Source: the human T2T-CHM13v2.0 reference genome, Homo sapiens
Length of the DNA: 64,000 nt
Direction: 5' to 3' (one strand)
Assembly: GCF_009914755.1 (NCBI RefSeq)
Contig: NC_060933.1
Positions 62,427-64,000 of the stretch are shown here, one piece after another (position 1 is the stretch's first letter; each line of letters starts with the position of its first letter). A program made the position numbers and the translations under genes. Below the pieces are notes generated by a model. The model was not told where the DNA came from. It worked only from the letters and a program-made list of their open reading frames with translations, and did no database searches.

Positions 62427-63310
62427 GAGAGAGATAAGCTCCTTCTGCAAGAATGCCAAATTTAAATTAGCCATGACCCCAAAAACTGCCAGGTATTAAC
62501 TTGCTATCATCTATATTCTTATTTAATTACAATCTTGTGACATTCACTGATTTTGGCTCTTAGTAAGTTAGAAGTTCATTTATCAGAAAAATCAATTAAA
62601 ATGTCTAAATGCCTTTTTGATACCATGATATAGGAAGTTGCTGACTCATATCTATAAATAAAAATCTTACAAGTAAATCACATAGGAAGTTAATTTCAAA
62701 GGGCTCCAAAATGTGAGACCACCGTTGGTAAGATTCTACCGTAAAAGTTCAAAACCAAAAAGCGATTAGTATGGTATCAGGTACATATAAACACTCGCTG
62801 CATAGTACCTGTATATTATCATAAAAAATACCAGTAAAAATCTTTGGGCCACCACTTTCAAGATGACTTTTTAATGGCACACTTGTCTAGCTAACCCCCA
62901 CATTGATTTCTGCTTCAGGTAAATCACAAATGATTCTCAATTAGTGACAAAGAATGTTGTTCATAAATTTAAAAGTATCTTGTCCCTAAGTTTGGTTTTG
63001 TTTCAATAAAATTGTTACTTACCTACTATTTGTCTAGGGAGACTCTGAGTTTGCCTTCTGTGTAGTCAGAAGACGATAATGTCATATCTGGTCCTCCAAA
63101 TGCAGGCAGCCCCAGAGCCCGGAGTGACATGAGCTCAATTTTAAACAAAGATGGCGCCCATCCAGTCAACTTGGCGATAGTGTGGGCTAATCAGCTTGGG
63201 CCACCTAGCTTGTTTTTCCATTTGCAAAGTAAGGTTTTATTCTAAAACACATTAGAAACACGTTTTGGCAACAAGTTTTTCTCTCTGGTTCCAAAATCCT
63301 ACTGTCGGCC

Positions 63311-63348
63311 GCGTTGGTGGTATAGTGGTGAGCATAGCTGCCTTCCAA
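63311..63348 (+). pseudogene. 5'-half tRNA-Gly(TCC) tailless retropseudogene
   Basis: GCGTTGGTGGTATAGTGGTGAGCATAGCTGCCTTCCAA matches the first 38 nt of tRNA-Gly-TCC as recalled, ending in the anticodon loop; flanked by a 17-bp direct repeat. Confidence 0.9.
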
Positions 63349-64000
63349 AATTCTACTGTTTACCATAGTTTTTAATCTCCAGGAAAAATATAAACATTGG
63401 GTTTTATGTGAGATTCTTCGCATAAGTGGCTCAAGTTCAAGCATTTTTGACATTCTAAAAAGCCCTCCTAAGAGTTAAATCATAGCTTTTGGAATCAGTC
63501 CCACAACTAGAATATCTCCTTTTTAAGCACATTCAAACATTTGAGGGTCTACAGTAAGTGCAAGGTGTTAAGCAGGTAAAACAGATTTAGCCAGTGCAAT
63601 GAAGAATTAAATGTTTTATAGCAGAAAAAAAGACATGGTTCAATATGTGTACAAAAAAGGGGAAGAAACCAGCCCTACATGGACTCAGTCAGGGGTGGTG
63701 GTAGTGGTGGATGAAATATACACATGTTAAACACACTTTACAGCCTATAGAAGACTGGCTGAGAAAAGTCAATTAAAGATTAGCACCACAGACACAAGGA
63801 AGCATCAGTGTGTTAGCCACAAAAGTCTCTAGCCATAAGTCTCTTTTCCATTTTGGAAGTAACTCACCATAGAAAATAGCCATACAGGAGAAGTTAAAAG
63901 ACAGCAACTGGGTGAATGGATTTCTGTATCGTACATGCTAAAGCAATATTCCATTTAGTTTAATATTATCTTTAGTGGCCACATACAGTGCACAGTACAG

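Noticed and set aside
63311-63382. Functional tRNA-Gly gene
   Set aside because: 3' half (T arm, B box, 3' acceptor stem) is absent

Overview
Human (primate) genomic DNA, recognisable from its proteins and exon structure as the 9q34 AK8 - SPACA9 (C9orf9) - TSC1 locus. AK8 (minus strand, coding exons 1-2 in window) and SPACA9 (plus strand) are head-to-head on a shared CpG island (~9.7-10.9 kb) carrying RFX X-box-like motifs. SPACA9 has two possible C-termini (168 aa spliced, 222 aa read-through) and is tail-to-tail with TSC1. All 21 TSC1 coding exons (3-23; 3495 nt, 1164 aa hamartin) and its ~4.9 kb 3'UTR lie on the minus strand; exons 1-2 are beyond the right edge. The rest is mostly Alu (~35 copies), MIR/L1/L2 and old DNA transposons. 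I find no new protein-coding system. The most notable unexplained structures are: a ~2.3 kb nested palindrome in TSC1 intron 8 built on a ~300 bp, ~94% identical inverted duplication; a tailless 5'-half tRNA-Gly(TCC) retrocopy with a target-site duplication; back-to-back AATAAA signals at the TSC1 3' end; a 40-bp direct repeat bracketing TSC1 exon 16; and uORFs before both the SPACA9 and TSC1 start codons. Repeat family names, exon numbers and reference comparisons are from memory, not database searches.
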